A stretch of DNA of 64,000 nucleotides, from NCBI GenBank assembly GCA_017654855.1, contig CM030334.1, positions 1,860,001-1,924,000 on the forward strand, written 5' to 3'. This DNA comes from Podospora anserina. Its lineage: Eukaryota. Shown in pieces: positions 1 through 14,001 of the stretch (positions within the stretch are counted from its first letter, which is position 1; every line of letters starts with the position of its first letter). A program made the position numbers and the translations under genes. The notes under the pieces were generated by a model. The model ran no database searches and was not told the origin of the DNA. It saw only the letters and a program-made list of their open reading frames with translations.

Positions 1-177
1 GGGTACAACATGTACGGGGCGAGGCAGGAGAGGGATGATGAGATTAGGAGGGCGAAGGAGAATATCAGGAGGGTGAAGGGGGTGCTGTTGAGCAGCAGGA
101 GTTTTCCGGGGGATAGGTCGGGGGTTGTCACGGCTGGGCAGGGGCTGAGGGGGGGGTTTGGGATTGGGGGGAGGTAG
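1..177 (+). CDS. 3' end of a peroxin Pex14/17 (Pex33)-like gene (partial)
   Basis: Frame 1 reads GYNMYGARQERDDEIRRAKENIRRVKGVLLSSRSFPG...GGR* (TAG 175-177). The IRxVKGVLLSxRxFP motif resembles, from recall, the C-terminus of filamentous-fungal Pex14/17. Confidence 0.6.
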   Translation, partial: GYNMYGARQERDDEIRRAKENIRRVKGVLLSSRSFPGDRSGVVTAGQGLRGGFGIGGR

Positions 178-1672
178 ATTGGTGGATTGCAGGGTCTTGT
201 AAGGGGGTGGTGAGGGGGTGGAGTGTATTCTTTTTGGTTTGTTTGATGATTAATGGAGATATGGTATGGTTACACAGGAGATGGAAGCGTTGATGGAAGC
301 CAGGAGGATCCAGACAGGTTTTCAATTTTGAACGGCTTCCCGAACATGTTGTGCCTACAGAAGCTAGCGGAATACAAAAACACTCGGACAGCTCGGTTGT
401 GTGTGCTACGGGATTGATCAAAAACAAAACAACCTGCTGGAGATGCACAGGAGATGCTCGATTTGGGATTCCCAAGGACGCGCTACAAACTACAGAGAGG
501 TGGCGGCGTCTTGGCTAGTGCGGGTGGGTGTGGTCATCTGTCAGTTTGTCGAGCATGGGAATTATTGGTTACACTTACAGGTCTAGGTCGGTATGCAGGC
601 TCGTTTGTTAGGCGATGGGTGGGTGGTGAGGGGCAAAATGGGTACAGCGGGAGGTTTGTCAGCGTGGAAAGTGGTGGTGGACAGTTTGACCCTCCTGCTT
701 TGTGTTACGCAGCGGGAGTGGGAGGTGGGAATAGCTCGATGTTGTGAGGAGGGACGGTGGGATTATTCTTCAAAATCACCCGAGGTGAGACCTGCCACAG
801 AGGTAGCTACACACCGCTTTGGACGGTAGAAATATACATAATCAATTCTTCCCTGTCTATAAAGGAGGATATAATTCAGGGTCTGTACCAAAAGCAAAAG
901 GACCTTTCAGCTCTAGACCAAGCTTGTTCCCAACCTCTTGAACGGGGCGGCCGGCCAATGTAGTCTCGATCGCATGCCGAGAGGGCAAGTTGCAGATGAT
1001 GGAGGCACCGCAGCGTTGCATTTACCAAGCACAAGAGATGTACTATGTATGTATGTACACAGACGGCGGCCGGCGGGCATCCATTCAAGTCCCCCGCATC
1101 AAGTGGGAGTGTGATGTGAGGTGGGTGGTAGGAGAGAAAAGAGAAAAAACACGCCACCAGTTCACCCAGTTTGGATGGAAGAAAGGGTGGGGGGGGGGTT
1201 TGTTGGAGGGCGGAGAATGGGATTTGAGGGGATTCCCAGTGACAACTGACACGAATAGTGCCGTCTGAGGAACAAAAGTCAAAACGGTTTGGCAGCAAGT
1301 CCACAAGTCACACGATCTCAGCAGATGGCCCCAAACCTACATGTCACTGGCGCCGGGACCCACCACGAACGGGTGGAGTGGGGTTGTTTTTTTTTGAGTT
1401 GCTGGTTGCCCAGTGGTGGTGGAGACGAAGGATTTCAGGTGCCGTTTCTCAAAATTGAGATATTGATTCTCATCCACTGCGCTGGGAACCACTCACAAGA
1501 CAATCAAAACAAGGCTCGGGATCTCTTCGTTAGTGGCGTGTTCCTGAACATAATCCTCTCTCAACAACAAGGAACGAGGCTCGGCCAGAATCGGTAGACA
1601 CAGAGAGGAAAAAACGGCCATCGGATCCTGCCGCTTCCCCAGACTCGGGAACACAGCTTTTGCAAGAAAGCC

Positions 1673-3800
1673 ATGCACTCGGATGAGGGAGGGCCAGAAG
1701 CGCCCACAGACACAGACACCATGCCGATCAACAAAGACCCCGCCACGGCCACAGCCATCCTTGATGAGAGAGACACCGCTCATGATGCAAGTCAGGACGG
1801 GACTAGTGCTGCCACTGCCACTGCTGTCAGACTCACATCACCTGGTATGTTTTTGTCTCTTGATCCTCTTCTTCTTCTTCTTGTTCTTCTTCTACTCTGA
1901 TCAACATCCCTCTCAACCCTCCCTTGCTCTTCCTACACTACACTATGTCTTATCCCCCCACAAGTCAATGCGCAGATCGCTAATGTGAGCTTTGCTGTGC
2001 CTGCCTCCAGACTTGGGCGGACCAGGCCTTCTTGGCTCAGGAATCATACCACTTTCAGCGCCCGTCACCCCGCACTCTCAGCACCCCCCCGGCCAGCGTC
2101 AACTGCCCCCAGCACCCCCAATCTATTATAAAGTCACTCCGGCCCCGTCACCGTCGCGTGAGGCCAACGGTGGCGACCACGACTCGTCTGTGAACTACCC
2201 TCCCAAAAACAACAACACACCAAAAGCCATGATTTTCTCAGACCTCTACAAGTCACCGAGGTCGCCCTTCAGCAAGCTGCGCAACTCCCTGCCTCACCAC
2301 CCCCCGCCGCCCTCAGATATCGATGCCGACCTCGTCAGCAAGGACAAGGCCAAGCAAAAGGAGGCCGTGAAGCGGTACCTCGCCGAGAGGGTCAAAAACG
2401 ACTGGGAGTTCACGTGGCCGCCCGTGACACCATCATCACCACCACCACCGGTCATCCCGGTAAACTCACCGCCAACCCCCGCTGAATCGGAGCAGTCGAC
2501 CGTTGTCAACGGAGACGCTCCACTGCCACCGGCAACCGGACCCACATCAACAACATCAGCCGAGCATGTGCTTCCGCCAAGCACCGGTGAAGCCATTTCG
2601 GCGCCCAAAACGGGGACCGAGAATGACGATGAGGACGATGCAAACAGGGATTCGGGAGAGGAGGCAGACTCGGAATCGGAGAACGAATCTGTCTACAGCA
2701 CGATATCCGAAGATTTGGCCCATTTCCAGCCAAGAGCCGAGTGGACATCTGATCTTTCGGATGACGATGGGTTGCAACCCGTCCCATCACCCTTCCGGTT
2801 CAACAGCCCCGACGATGTCGGCACCGCCGTACGCACATCGATGGAATCAAAACGCACTCGGAGGAGGAGAGCCGTGAGAGAAGAGGCATCCTGGAATCCA
2901 GGTCTCGCATGCTTCGAAGCCCGCCGTGACGCATGGACAGGTGCCCGGACCGTCCGCGTGAAGCCGAAACCGGCTCCCCCCACTTCGCCGTCTACCGGCC
3001 GCCGACTTTCGTTCTGGAGACTTCATCGCACCGAGTCATCCAGCTCTCAGCACTCTACTCCGGGCTCGGCGCCACCCCAAGCCTCCCCCATCAACCCAAC
3101 GGAAACCCGCACCTCGCACCAAACCGACATCTCGGCCATCACCCCTCCCCTCTCCGAATCCGACTCGGCCAAAGAGCAGCCTATTCAGCAGACCACATCC
3201 CACGAGTCCAACACGGTCTATCCAGTCGAAACACTCATTCCCGTTCCAGCTCCGTTACTCCCGCCACAAAACCCCATGCGCGCGTCCATCACCCCGTCCA
3301 TGTACTCTTCTCTCTACGATAAACTCGTCGTCCAAGGCCTCCAACCAGCCTGCCCGGTAAATCTGTCGGATATGATCCGCGCCTGCGTCGTGGGCTGGAA
3401 ACGCGACGGCGAATGGCCACCACGATCCAACTACACGGCTCCGTTTCCTGTTCCTGTAGCCGCCACCACGGCCGAACTCGTTGCCATTCGTCAGAGGAAG
3501 GCGCAGCAACAACAAAAGATTAATGCCGCCAGGAAGGCCGCCGCGAGCACTTCTCCACCGGTGTCCTCCTCGCCTGGGTCGACGGTGAGGAGGATGAGCC
3601 TTGGGTTCCTGGGGAAAACCACCACGCATGAGGAGCATAAAGATAATAGCCATAGTGATGAGACGGGGAGCGGAAAGGCGCTGTTTAGGAGGAGTCTGCA
3701 GAGGGTGTTGAGTTTGGGACAGCATGGGCATGGGCATCCGGTGGGGAGCCCGCCGCAGAGGGAGGTGATGGGGGCTGCCTTGGGGGCTGCTATGACTTAG
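1673..3800 (+). CDS. DUF4050 / Gag1-like clamp domain protein
   Basis: ATG 1673; intron 1845-2010 (GTATGT...GCTAAT...CCAG) joins in frame to the 602-aa ORF. Motifs WNPGLACFEARRDAWTGA, YDKLV...P..PVNLSDM..ACV.GWKRDGEWP. Alternative start at ATG 2229 (MIFSDLY). Confidence 0.75.
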
Positions 3801-3880
3801 GGATGGATAGGAGGGTGATGTAGATGAGGTCGTATGATTCTTGAACTCTTTTAGCGATTGGATATGGGAAGCTAGGGGGA

Positions 3881-3912
<32 letters not shown>

Positions 3913-4179
3913 TTGTTTTTTCAAAGGCAAAGGGCATAGTTTGATATTGGTACTGATGATACCGTGATACCCCCGATCTTTTTCTCTTTTTTTTTTGGCG
4001 TTGTTTTGAGGTGTATAGTTAGGGTAATGATGGGCATTGCTACGGATTATGTTGTTTGTATTTTGGGGAATCCACCACTTTGGCGTTGTTACTCTCTTGT
4101 CCCCGGTGCGGAACTTTACCCATGTCAACGGTCAAAATGAAGCCCGCTTCAGTCATCAAACATATACCTTTGAGTAAAC

Positions 4180-5412
4180 TCACATGGTAAACCCACGTTC
4201 AAACTGATCCGTCACCACCACCTCTTTCTCCTCCTCCTTCCTCTTTCCCCCCATTCCCAACCTCACCCGATTCGCACTTGTACTCCCCTCCTTCCTCCAC
4301 CACCCCTCCCCCCGCTTCTCATCCCCCCATAAAGGCGTCTTGTCAAGACTGAACTGGACGACTTCCGGTCTGGCGTAGTGCCCGTTGCTGTCGATCCAGA
4401 CCTTGACGGTTTTGAGGTCTGAGAGGTCGATCTCGGCTTTGACGAGGACATCACCCGATTTGCCGCCTTCCACTGGGGACGCGAGGAGGGAGCAAAAGGG
4501 GTGGATGATGGAGGACCAGCCGCCGCCTGGCTTGACGAAGGATTGGGGGCCGAGGTTGGCGGCCATCCAGTCGAGGCAGGTCTGATCGACGTAGTTCGAA
4601 GCCACCAAGACAAACACTTGGGCGGTTAGGGCGTGGGTTTTGGCTAGGGCTTCGATTTGGGCGTCGGCGGTTGATTCGAAGCCGGAGAGGGTGGAGAGGG
4701 CGGGCCAGGCGGCGATGTGGATGTGCTTGATCCAACACACTAGGTTAGCATTGAGTTGGATCTTTTTTTTTTCTTTCCCTAGTTGGGGGGGAGGGGGGGG
4801 GATACCTGGTTTTGGGCTATGAGGGCCTGGCGGGCACCGTTCATGGTGTTTTCCCAGCAGGCCAAACCGCCGACGTTGAACCCACCCACTGCGGCAAGGG
4901 GTTTTACATCGAGGGTTGCGCCGCCGCCCTGAGCCCAGACCATCCTCTCAACATAGGTAGGCTGCAGCTTCCGATGGACAGAGACAATCTCCCCGTCGGA
5001 ATCCATCATGACCTGCGAGTTGAAGAGGGTGTACCCACCCTCCATCCGCTCCGACACCCCTAGGCTGATCCCCACGTTTTTTTCTTTGCAGGCTTGGGCC
5101 ACGGCGGCTAGGTCGGATGATACGACGACTGATTCTTCTGCGTATCTTGCCAGAGCTGGAGATGTGTCAGTAATAGGAGGTGGAAAAGGGACGGGGGGTG
5201 GACAAACCAGGAGCTTGCGTAATAGGGGGGTAGCACTCAATAAAATAGGGGTATCCAGGGACAAACGTCTCGGGAAAGGCCAAGAACCTGACTTGCTCAG
5301 AGGCAGCTTGCTCAATAAGACTGATCACTTTGGCCAAGGTGGCGGATTTGTTCATAAAGATTGGGGAGGCGTGGACGGCTGCTACTTTGAACTTTGTTTC
5401 CGACGGCGCCAT
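4180..5412 (-). CDS. Nitrilase (carbon-nitrogen hydrolase), 3 exons
   Basis: Starts MAPSETKFKVAAVHASP. Catalytic triad motifs FPETFVPGYP, HRKLQPTYVER and LACWEN; C-terminal DSNGHYARPEV. Introns near 5157-5207 and 4728-4805. Confidence 0.92.
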
Positions 5413-6090
5413 TTTGGATGCTGGTTTTCTTGAATGCAGTGAAGTGAAATAGGGGGGGTTGGATACGGTAATGTGGACGTCTTGTGTCACAAGTAAGTAT
5501 ATGACGAACTTGTTTATGAACTATACGCTCTCGCTCACTCAGTCAGAACGTGGGCTGGTAAAAAGAACAAGGCCCAAAAGATAACAGCAGCGGGGTAAAA
5601 ACCTGGAGAAAGCGGGGGAATCTTTTGTGAGGAGAAAAATCATGGGGATGCTTGCCTGTTCATATCTAGACTAGATCGACCAATGCCGGCCGTCTTGGGG
5701 ATATATATATATATGTAAGTAGTAAGCCGTGAAACGATAGCTCTGTTTTCTTCTGGTGATTGAGTGGTGTAGATCGGACTCTGACTGCATAACCTGTATA
5801 AGACTGAGATAAGAGCAGCAAGAAAAAGAAAAGAACTACCTGCTATGAATGCTAAATTACCGTGCTCTTGATCACCGCTAGTGTTGAGAGTATCCGATCT
5901 ACCAGAACCCCGTTGCTAATTCATCGATAAAAGACCACCCCTCCCCAAAAAGAGACGGCGTCCACCCATCCATCGTCTCGTCTTTATCACATTAATCCAA
6001 CACTTCATCTCTCTTGGCTCATCCACTCATCCAACAACCAAGTTTCTCTACCTACACACCCACCCCATAATCACATCTCCCCTTCCCATG

Positions 6091-8676
6091 TCACATCCCC
6101 GAAACCCTCATGGCACCATACCCAACCGTCACCACAACCACCAACGTCAAAACACTACTCGGCACCCCCCTGCTGATAAAATGCTTCACCTGCAAATACC
6201 TCTGCCCCGCCGGATCCTCCTTCATAATAGCAGCTATCAAACCAGTCAGCCTCCGTCCCATTCATCATCAGGATTAAAAAAATAAAATGAAAATTATAAA
6301 ACACTTACTCATATTCGGAAACCCACTCGTCGGCAACCCCATCGCAGCACTGCACATCAGCACCCCCGTCATCACCAACAAGTTCGGATGCGGCTCCTCC
6401 AGCCCCTTGCCAACATTGTACACCAGCGGCAAAATAATCAACGCCGCCACCGTGTGACTGATAAAAGTCGCAATCACCAAAATCAAAGTCGAAAACACGA
6501 CCAAAATCCCATACAGCGAAAAGTCCTCAACCTGAGCCGTGATCTCCCTCGTGACGGTGTGCAACAAGCCGGAAGAGTTCACCGCCTTGCCCAACGACAA
6601 CCCCCCAGCAGCAAGAATGATAATGGTCCAGGGAAAGTTGTTAAAGTCTTCTTTCGTGAGGATACCAACGCCAAAGAAGAGCACAATGGGGATGATGGCG
6701 ATGACGCCCATGTCGCCAAAGACATTCTCCAAAGTGTGAGACGCGCACCAGAGGCCGATCGTGGCGATGGTGACGATTGTCACAAACCACTGGATACCCG
6801 TGAAAGGGTCCTTGATGGGGCGGGTGGGCACAATGGTGGTGCCACGCCCGGGTTTGAACGTCACCAGCAGCAAGATCCAGATCAGAACCAGCGAGATGAT
6901 CCCGACAGGAATGACAATAAAAAACCACTGCCCCCACGTCGGCGCCGGCTCCATGATACCGATGGCCACCACGTTCTGCGGCGAGGCAATGGGCGAGAGC
7001 ATCCCACCGATGTTCGAAGCCAGCGCGATGCCAATGATAACAGCCTTGGACATGTCCGATCCCGAGGGCAGGTTCCGGAGCATGGGCTCAATGATGCCGA
7101 AGCACAGAACCGGCGCGGCAACATTGCTGATCAACATCGACGCCACAGCCGCAACAGCCATGTTGGCAATGAGCACAGTCTTTGGTTTGGTCCCCGCCTT
7201 GCTCAGCACGAACGTGGCAATCCGCTTATCAATATAACACTTCGACAACGCAGCCGCCAGCGTGAATCCACCAAGCAACAACATGATGACCGGCGTCCAC
7301 ATGGCCGCAAACACGGCAGCCGTGGCGTCCTTGGCACCCAACCGCTTGTGAGGCTCGTCCTTGTCCAAGAAAACCTGCAACACCACGCACAAGAACGGAA
7401 TAGTCAACGACGTCACAAACAGCGGGATCGCCTCCGTCGCCCAGAGCAAGCTGACAAACACCAGAATGGCCAGACAGTTCTGCTGCTCCGGCTTCTCCAT
7501 GATCGGAACCAGCAGCATGGCCACAAAGACGGCAAAGATGACGACAAGCGCAAACATGGTGGAGCTGACGAGCCAGGTCGGCAGGTTGAAGCGCCCAAGA
7601 GGGGTGCTTATCGCCTTGGTCGGTAACACCAAGTCATCATCGCCCTGCAGCCGAGTAGCCTGGGGGTCCGCCTCCCGGCCGAGCAGCGTGTGGCCCAGGC
7701 TGGCGGCTTCGGCTCGCCTTTCCAGGCCGATCAGCTCCCTCCAGACCGTGTTGCGCTCCCAGACGACGTGCTCGCGCAGGTGTGACCGGAGATCCTTGGT
7801 GGCGGCGGCTTCGTCGCCGTCCGTGACGATCTCGGCGTAGGCCTGGACAATGCGCTGGATATGCTCCTCCAAAGACTTGGTCGTCTCTGGCTTGAAGGGG
7901 TAGGCAGAGTCGACAAAGCTGCTCATGTACTTTGACCGGAGCCGGCGGTCGCAAATCTTGTCAAACTTTTTGAGAATCTTGTTGAAGCCGGTCCTGTTGA
8001 GCTGGCTGTAGGATTTGAGCTCGCAGAGGCGGACGTAGACGTCGATGATTTTCTTCTTGAGCATGATGCCGTTGGAAAAGAGAGCGGCCTGCTCGGCGTA
8101 GTCATCGTACGTGACGCTCAGCCTTCTGAGCGACCTGGTGAGCTCGGTGGAAGCGGTCATGTCGGTGGTGGAGGCCAACATGGCATTGGGGATCGTCCTG
8201 CGTCTCCCAAAGCTTCCCCTTCTCCTCTTGGTGAGCCCGGTCGCCTCGCCGTCCCCGTCGTCGTCGTCGCTGTCTTCTTGCCCGTCATCTTCGGTTGAGT
8301 GACGGCTCCTGGCGCTCTGGCTGCGGTAGCGCAGCTGTGGTCGCTCGCTGGACCGGGTGGCGGGTCGTGTGTGCTCGTCGGCTCCCTCCTCGAATGCGGC
8401 CACCTCTTTCAAGAGGGCGTCGACCTCGTCTGTCAGCTCCTTCTCCTTGATGACGTAGAAAGATGTGATCTTTTCCAGCTCGACATCGAGGGCGCGGGTG
8501 AAGATGGTTTCGGGGTCGTCATGTTGGATCAGGGGTCGCGACTCGCCGTCGCCCCCGGACGCGAGGTGGATCGACTTTTCGAGCGAGTATATTAGCTTCT
8601 TGAGGGTGCTGTAGGCGATGTAGTGGTTGCTCCAGTCCGGCACAGCATTGAACTGGATGCTGTGGGAGAACTTCAT
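6091..8676 (-). CDS. SPX-domain low-affinity phosphate transporter (Pho87/Pho90/Pho91 family)
   Basis: SPX start MKFSHSIQFNAVPDW...YIAYSTLKK, LNRTGFNKILKKFDK, then many transmembrane helices. One intron (about 6235-6308) precedes the last exon TAIMKEDPAGQRYL...SGM* (TGA 6091-6093). Confidence 0.93.
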
Positions 8677-10386
8677 CTCGTCGTTGTGTTCGAGCCAACG
8701 GCGCTTCTCGGCCCGCCTGACGTTGTACCTGCGCTGCCGGTCGCGTGTTTTCTCGTTGTATTCCCGTTCCCGCTCCCGTTGTTTGTCGCCGGACTTGTAC
8801 TCGGCTAGCTCGTACTCTTCTCCAACGGTGCTGCTACTGCTGCTCCCTCCTCTGACAAGAAGGTCCGAGGTTTTGTGTGGTCGACGGGCTTCTTGTGGTG
8901 CGTAAAGAGAGGAGGGGACCTCCTGAAAGGCGGATGGGGGTGTAATTTTCAAAGATGTTGCCTTGACGGCATGCTGTGCAAAACAAAAGAAGGGGAGTTT
9001 TCTACAGCAAGGAAACAGGAACTGGGCGCAGAGATAAACCCATTGTGTCGGGTGGATGCAACCATCGCCGTCATTCCGAGGACCCCCAGTGGTCCAGCGC
9101 CCAGGGCTGTCCCCACCAACCCGCGGCGCGGTCCACCAGCCTGTTGGTCTAGAATCTTGGAACGGCTTCCGGCACTATCAGACGAGGAGGATACAGAGGG
9201 TGTGTATTTTACTGTGTTTTTTCTGTCTAGAAATCACACATTAGAAGTGTAGATTTAAAACAAGAGAGATGTTCTCGATCTAATTTTTCTTTTGGAATTG
9301 GAGAACTTCTCCTACAAGACCCCTATGACTTGCTGGAACATGTTCACCTCTTCTCCCTGTTGCAATGACGACGTTTTTTGTACAGCTCCAGACGAACAGG
9401 CATTACGTGCTTCTGCAAAGCCGTTTGTGTAACCAAGAACAGAACTTGTGCATTTTTTGGGGAAAGCTACACCAGGCAGCATGAGAGGAACTCAATCCAC
9501 CGGGAGAGATGGAGGAGAGGCTGATGCTTTCTCGCCACATTTTGGCTTAAGGTTTGCTCTCTTCAGGCGTTTGAAACCTTCGTTGCCAACACTGACCGGA
9601 AAGTGTGGCTGCCACAGTGTGGGAGAACCTTGATGGCTCGCCCAGTTCTCAGGGTTGTCTGCCGCAATGTTGAAGCACAAACCTCCGCATGATTCAAGTT
9701 CAGAGACACTTTCTATCTTCACTATGATACCCTTTGAATTGAGTACGCTCTGTTATACAGAATACCGCCTGTAACCTTGGCCCAGAAAATCAAAACACCC
9801 GCCAAGCGTCTGTTACGTACTTTTTAGTGAGCATCACGAATGGTGACAGTCTCATCTCAGTTCTGGTACGCTGTGACTAATAAGATATCATTTGTATTTA
9901 CCCCTTTTCACTGCCTCTCCTCCCCTCAAAAGTCCTATTGCTAGCCTGCTGCGAGGTGAAGTGTCATAAAAGTACGGAGTATTTAGTCCTGTCCAAGATA
10001 CATCATCAACCCTAACCCTTATCCCGCCCGCGCAATCACCTGCTGACGCGCGAGCTATGCCTGACCTCCAACAATGTGCGTCATTCGCAGCTCTGGAGGT
10101 GTCTATTTTCTGTCTCTTCTACCGTGTTATAGCCTCCTCCGTCGCAGCTCCATGGCCCTCAAGTCTCCGCATTGATCCATCAGATTGTTCGGGGAAGCTG
10201 TTCTGTTCCTCTGGGTATCGATGCTGCACATCCCCTCTCCACCGCCGCGCCAGCTCAACACAGCGAGAAAGCTGGGTATCAATCTCCGCCCGGGACAGCT
10301 AACACCGCAACCGCAAACCTATTACCACATCTCGCGCCCGGCGCGGCGCGCAAACACACACACAATAATAATAGCCGTCCGCCACG

Positions 10387-13300
10387 ATGCTGTCCGCATT
10401 CACGGCTCGGCCCATCATCGAGCTCAAGCAGCGGGACAAGTCCAAGATTGAGTCCATCTTGGCTTATGGTACACAGCTTCTTTACCACTGATCTACGGGC
10501 ATCTACTAATTCATATATTGACAGGCGACCGCGTGCTCGTCGGCCTCAACACCGGCTCCCTTCGAATCTACCGAGTAAACGACATCCCACCACCATCCGA
10601 TCCCCCAAACCACCCCCCCTCCCAAACCTCCACCAGCCAACCCTCCCACGATGAACCACCACCACCACCCCAAAAACCAACCGACCTCCTCCGCGAGGTA
10701 GAAAAGTTCTCCCCCCGCGCCATCGAGCAGCTGGCCATCATCAAAGGAGCCAACACGCTAGTCTCCCTCTCAAACTACACCGTCTCCCTCCACGACCTCC
10801 AAACCTTCTCCCCCATCGAAGCCCCCCTCTCCAAAACAAAAAACGCCTCCACCTTCGCCGTAACAAGCAACGTAGTCCAGGACCCGTCAACAGGCGTCCC
10901 AGAGATCATCTCCAGGCTCGCCGTGGCTGTAAAACGCCGGTTGTTGCTCTGGTCATGGCAGGAGAGCGAGCTATCCCCCGATGTGACCGAGATACTACTC
11001 TCGGAATCAATCCGGTCACTAACCTGGGCAAACGCCACCAAGATCGTCTGCGGCATGAACGGCGGGTTTGTCATTGTAGACGTGGAGACGGGAAGTATAG
11101 AGGATATCGTCGGGCCAGGGGCGATCGGGACGACGGGAGGGGGGGGTGGGACGGGACGTTTCGGGTCGGTGAGCGCTACTGGGATGTCGTATATGGGATT
11201 GGGGAGTTACATCCCTAAGCCGCTGTCTACCAAGCTCGCGGAGGGCGGGTTGTTGCTCGCAAAGGACATCAACACTTTATTCATTGACGATTCCGGGAGG
11301 GCGCTGGAGAAGCATCAGATCCCGTGGCAGTCTGCGCCCGAGTCGATCGGGTACAGCTATCCATACATTCTGGCTCTGCAGCCGCCGGTGAAGGGGACGC
11401 TGGAGGTGCGCAACCCTGACACGCTGAGTCTACTGCAGACGATCAGTCTCCCTGGTGCGGCGGCTCTGCACTTCCCCCCACCGACGGTTAGTGTCCAGCA
11501 CACGGGCAAGGGATTCCACGTCCTGAGCGATAGGGCAGTGTGGAAAATGGAAGCGACGGATTACGACTCGCAGATTGACGAGCTGGTCAAGAACGGGAGG
11601 CTGGACGAAGCGATCAGTGTGCTCGGCATGCTGGAGGACGCCTTGTTGAAGAATAAGACTGAGACTATGAGGGAGGTCAAGATGCTAAAGGCGGAGGTGC
11701 TGTTTAAGCAAAAGAAATACAGGGAGTCGATGGACCTGTTCAGTGAAGACGAGGTGGATGCCCCACCGGAAAGAGTCTTGAAGTTGTTTCCCAGGATTAT
11801 TGCGGGGGATTTGTCGGGTGTGGAGGAGCAGGAGGAGCAGGAGGAGCAGGAGGAGCAGGAGGAGCAGGAGGAGCAGGAGGAGGAGGAGAAGAAGAAGAAG
11901 AAAGATGATTCTGATCATGAGGGGAGTACAGTTGGGAAGCACTCGGAGCCGGAGGTTGTCGCCTCTCCTCCCAAGGCTGGCGGGGGGGGGGGGGGGGGGT
12001 TTGCAAAGTATCTGATGGGACATCGGAAGCAACAGCTTAATCCTGAGACTGCTTCTGTCGCCTCTTCGCGGCGGACAACACAGGATGATGACGCGGCTAG
12101 TGTTAGGGGGCGATCAAGCGAGGACCATCACGCACAGGAGGAGAAGGAGAAGGATTTGAAGAATGCGGTTCTGGAACTGAATTCTTATCTTGCTGGTGCC
12201 AGGGCGAGGTTGCAGAGGGTGATTGATCCTGCTACGGGGAAACTGAAACCGAGGAGGGCCCGGTCGGAGACGCTCTCTGCCTCCCAGACGGCTGCTCAGG
12301 AGGATCTGACGCTTTCTTCGCGGCAGGTGGATGAGTCGGAGTTGCAGCTCGCGGCGGAGCTGCAGCACACGTTCAAGATTGTGGACACGACGCTGTTTAG
12401 GGCGTTCATGTACTCGCGTCCGCAGCTGGCGAGCTCGCTGTTTCGGATACCGAATTTTTGCGATCCGGATGTGGTGAATGAGAGGTTGGTGGAGCATAAT
12501 CGATTCAATGAGCTGGTTGACTTTTTCTATGGCAAGAAGCTTCATCGGGAGGCGTTGAATCTCTTGAGGAAGTTTGGGAGCTGTCCGGAGCCGGATGAGG
12601 CGGCGCCGGGCTTGCATGGGCCGCAGAGGACGGTGGGGTATCTGCAGGGGTTGCCGCCGGAGATGATTGATGTTATCTTGGAGTTTTCCGAGTGGACGCT
12701 GAGGAAGGACCCGGGGTTGGGGATGGAGGTTTTTTTGGCGGATACGGAGAATGCGGAGACGTTGCCGCGGGAGAGGGTGGTGGAGTTTTTGAGGGGGGTT
12801 GATGTGGCGTTGGAGACGAGGTATTTGGAGCATGTTGTTGGGGAGCTGGGGGATGGGACGCCCGAGTTTCATAATCGGTTGGTGGAACTGTTTGTGGTGC
12901 AGCTGAAGGAGGGGAAGAAGAAGGATGCGGAGTGGGAGGGGTTGATGGGGAGGTTGGTGAGGTTTTTGAGGGAGAGCAGGCAGTATAGCTTGTGGAAGGC
13001 GTTGAGCTGGATTCCGAAGGAGGGTGAGTAACTGGTCTGGCAACCTGTTTTTTTCATGGTTGGGGATGCTAATGATGGCGACAGATCCCTCCTTTTATGA
13101 GGCTCATGCGGTGGTTCTCAGCAACAGGGGACAGCACAGGCAGGCGCTGGTGATATATGTCTTCAAGATGAAGGACTATGCCAAGGCAGAGGAGTATGTT
13201 TCTCGTGTTCCCCATCCCCAAAAAAAAAGTCCCTTGAACTAACAAGCACAGATACTGCAACCACATCCACAAGACACAAGACCTCCCCCCCTCTTCGTCT

Positions 13301-13852
13301 CCTGACCAAAACGACACCGACAACACTGACCAGCCCTCCATCTACCACACCCTCTTGTCACTCTACCTCCGCCCACCCAGACCTCACGAGCCCAACCTTG
13401 GACCTGCGCTGGATCTCCTCTCAAAACATGGCTCCCGTCTGCCAGCTACTTCGACCTTGTCGCTTGTGCCAGATGATCTGCCTGTCGCGCAACTGGAATC
13501 GTATTTCCGCGGCAGGATGAGGAGCGCGAATTCAATGGTCAACGAGACGAGGGTGGTGGCTGGGCTGAGGAGGACGAGCCACTTGGCGGCGCAGGCGTTG
13601 TTGTACCTGGGAGATGGGATACCGGGGGGTCAGGCGGGGAGGAACAGGAGGGTGGTTGTTGGGGAGGAGAGGATGTGTGGGGGGTGTCATAAAAGGTTGG
13701 GGAGGAGTGTGGTGGCGGTTTTGCCGGACAATAGGGTGGTGCACTATGGTTGTTTGGGGAGGGTGACTGGGGGGAAGGGGGAAAGGCCGATGAGTCCGGG
13801 GAGTGTCAGGTCGGGGGATGGGGGGGGGTTGAAGAATTGGGGGAGGGTTTGA
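10387..13852 (+). CDS. VPS39: Vps39/Vam6 HOPS subunit (CNH, Vps39_1, clathrin-like repeat, C-terminal zinc finger)
   Basis: MLSAFTARPIIELKQRDKSKIESILAYG|DRVLVGLNTG; VDTTLFRAFMYSRP.LASSLFRIPNFCDP; C-terminal CGGCHKRLG...VVHYGC. Introns 10469-10524, 13024-13084, 13194-13251. Confidence 0.93.
11823..11901 (+). repeat. Coding minisatellite (GAGGAGCAG)x6 followed by GAG/AAG runs, inside VPS39
   Basis: Perfect 9-bp tandem units encoding (EEQ)6EEEEKKKKK. Confidence 0.95.
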
Positions 13853-14001
13853 ACTGTATTTTTATTAGAGAAGGTAGTTGTAGAAAGTTGAGTGGGGAGG
13901 GGAGGGCGGGGGGGGGCACACCATTATTCACCCCTCTGCTCGTTCAAAAACTTGTGATTATTATTCTGTTGATATGTGTGGTTGTTTGTTTTTATTTATG
14001 C

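Noticed and set aside
5755-5830. TGGTGTAGATCGG resembling a tRNA A-box
   Set aside because: No downstream GTTCRA B-box and no cloverleaf stems.
6388-7626. 412-aa plus-strand ORF
   Set aside because: Antisense shadow of the phosphate transporter; no independent features.
12114-13043. 309-aa minus-strand ORF
   Set aside because: Antisense shadow of VPS39 caused by codon bias.
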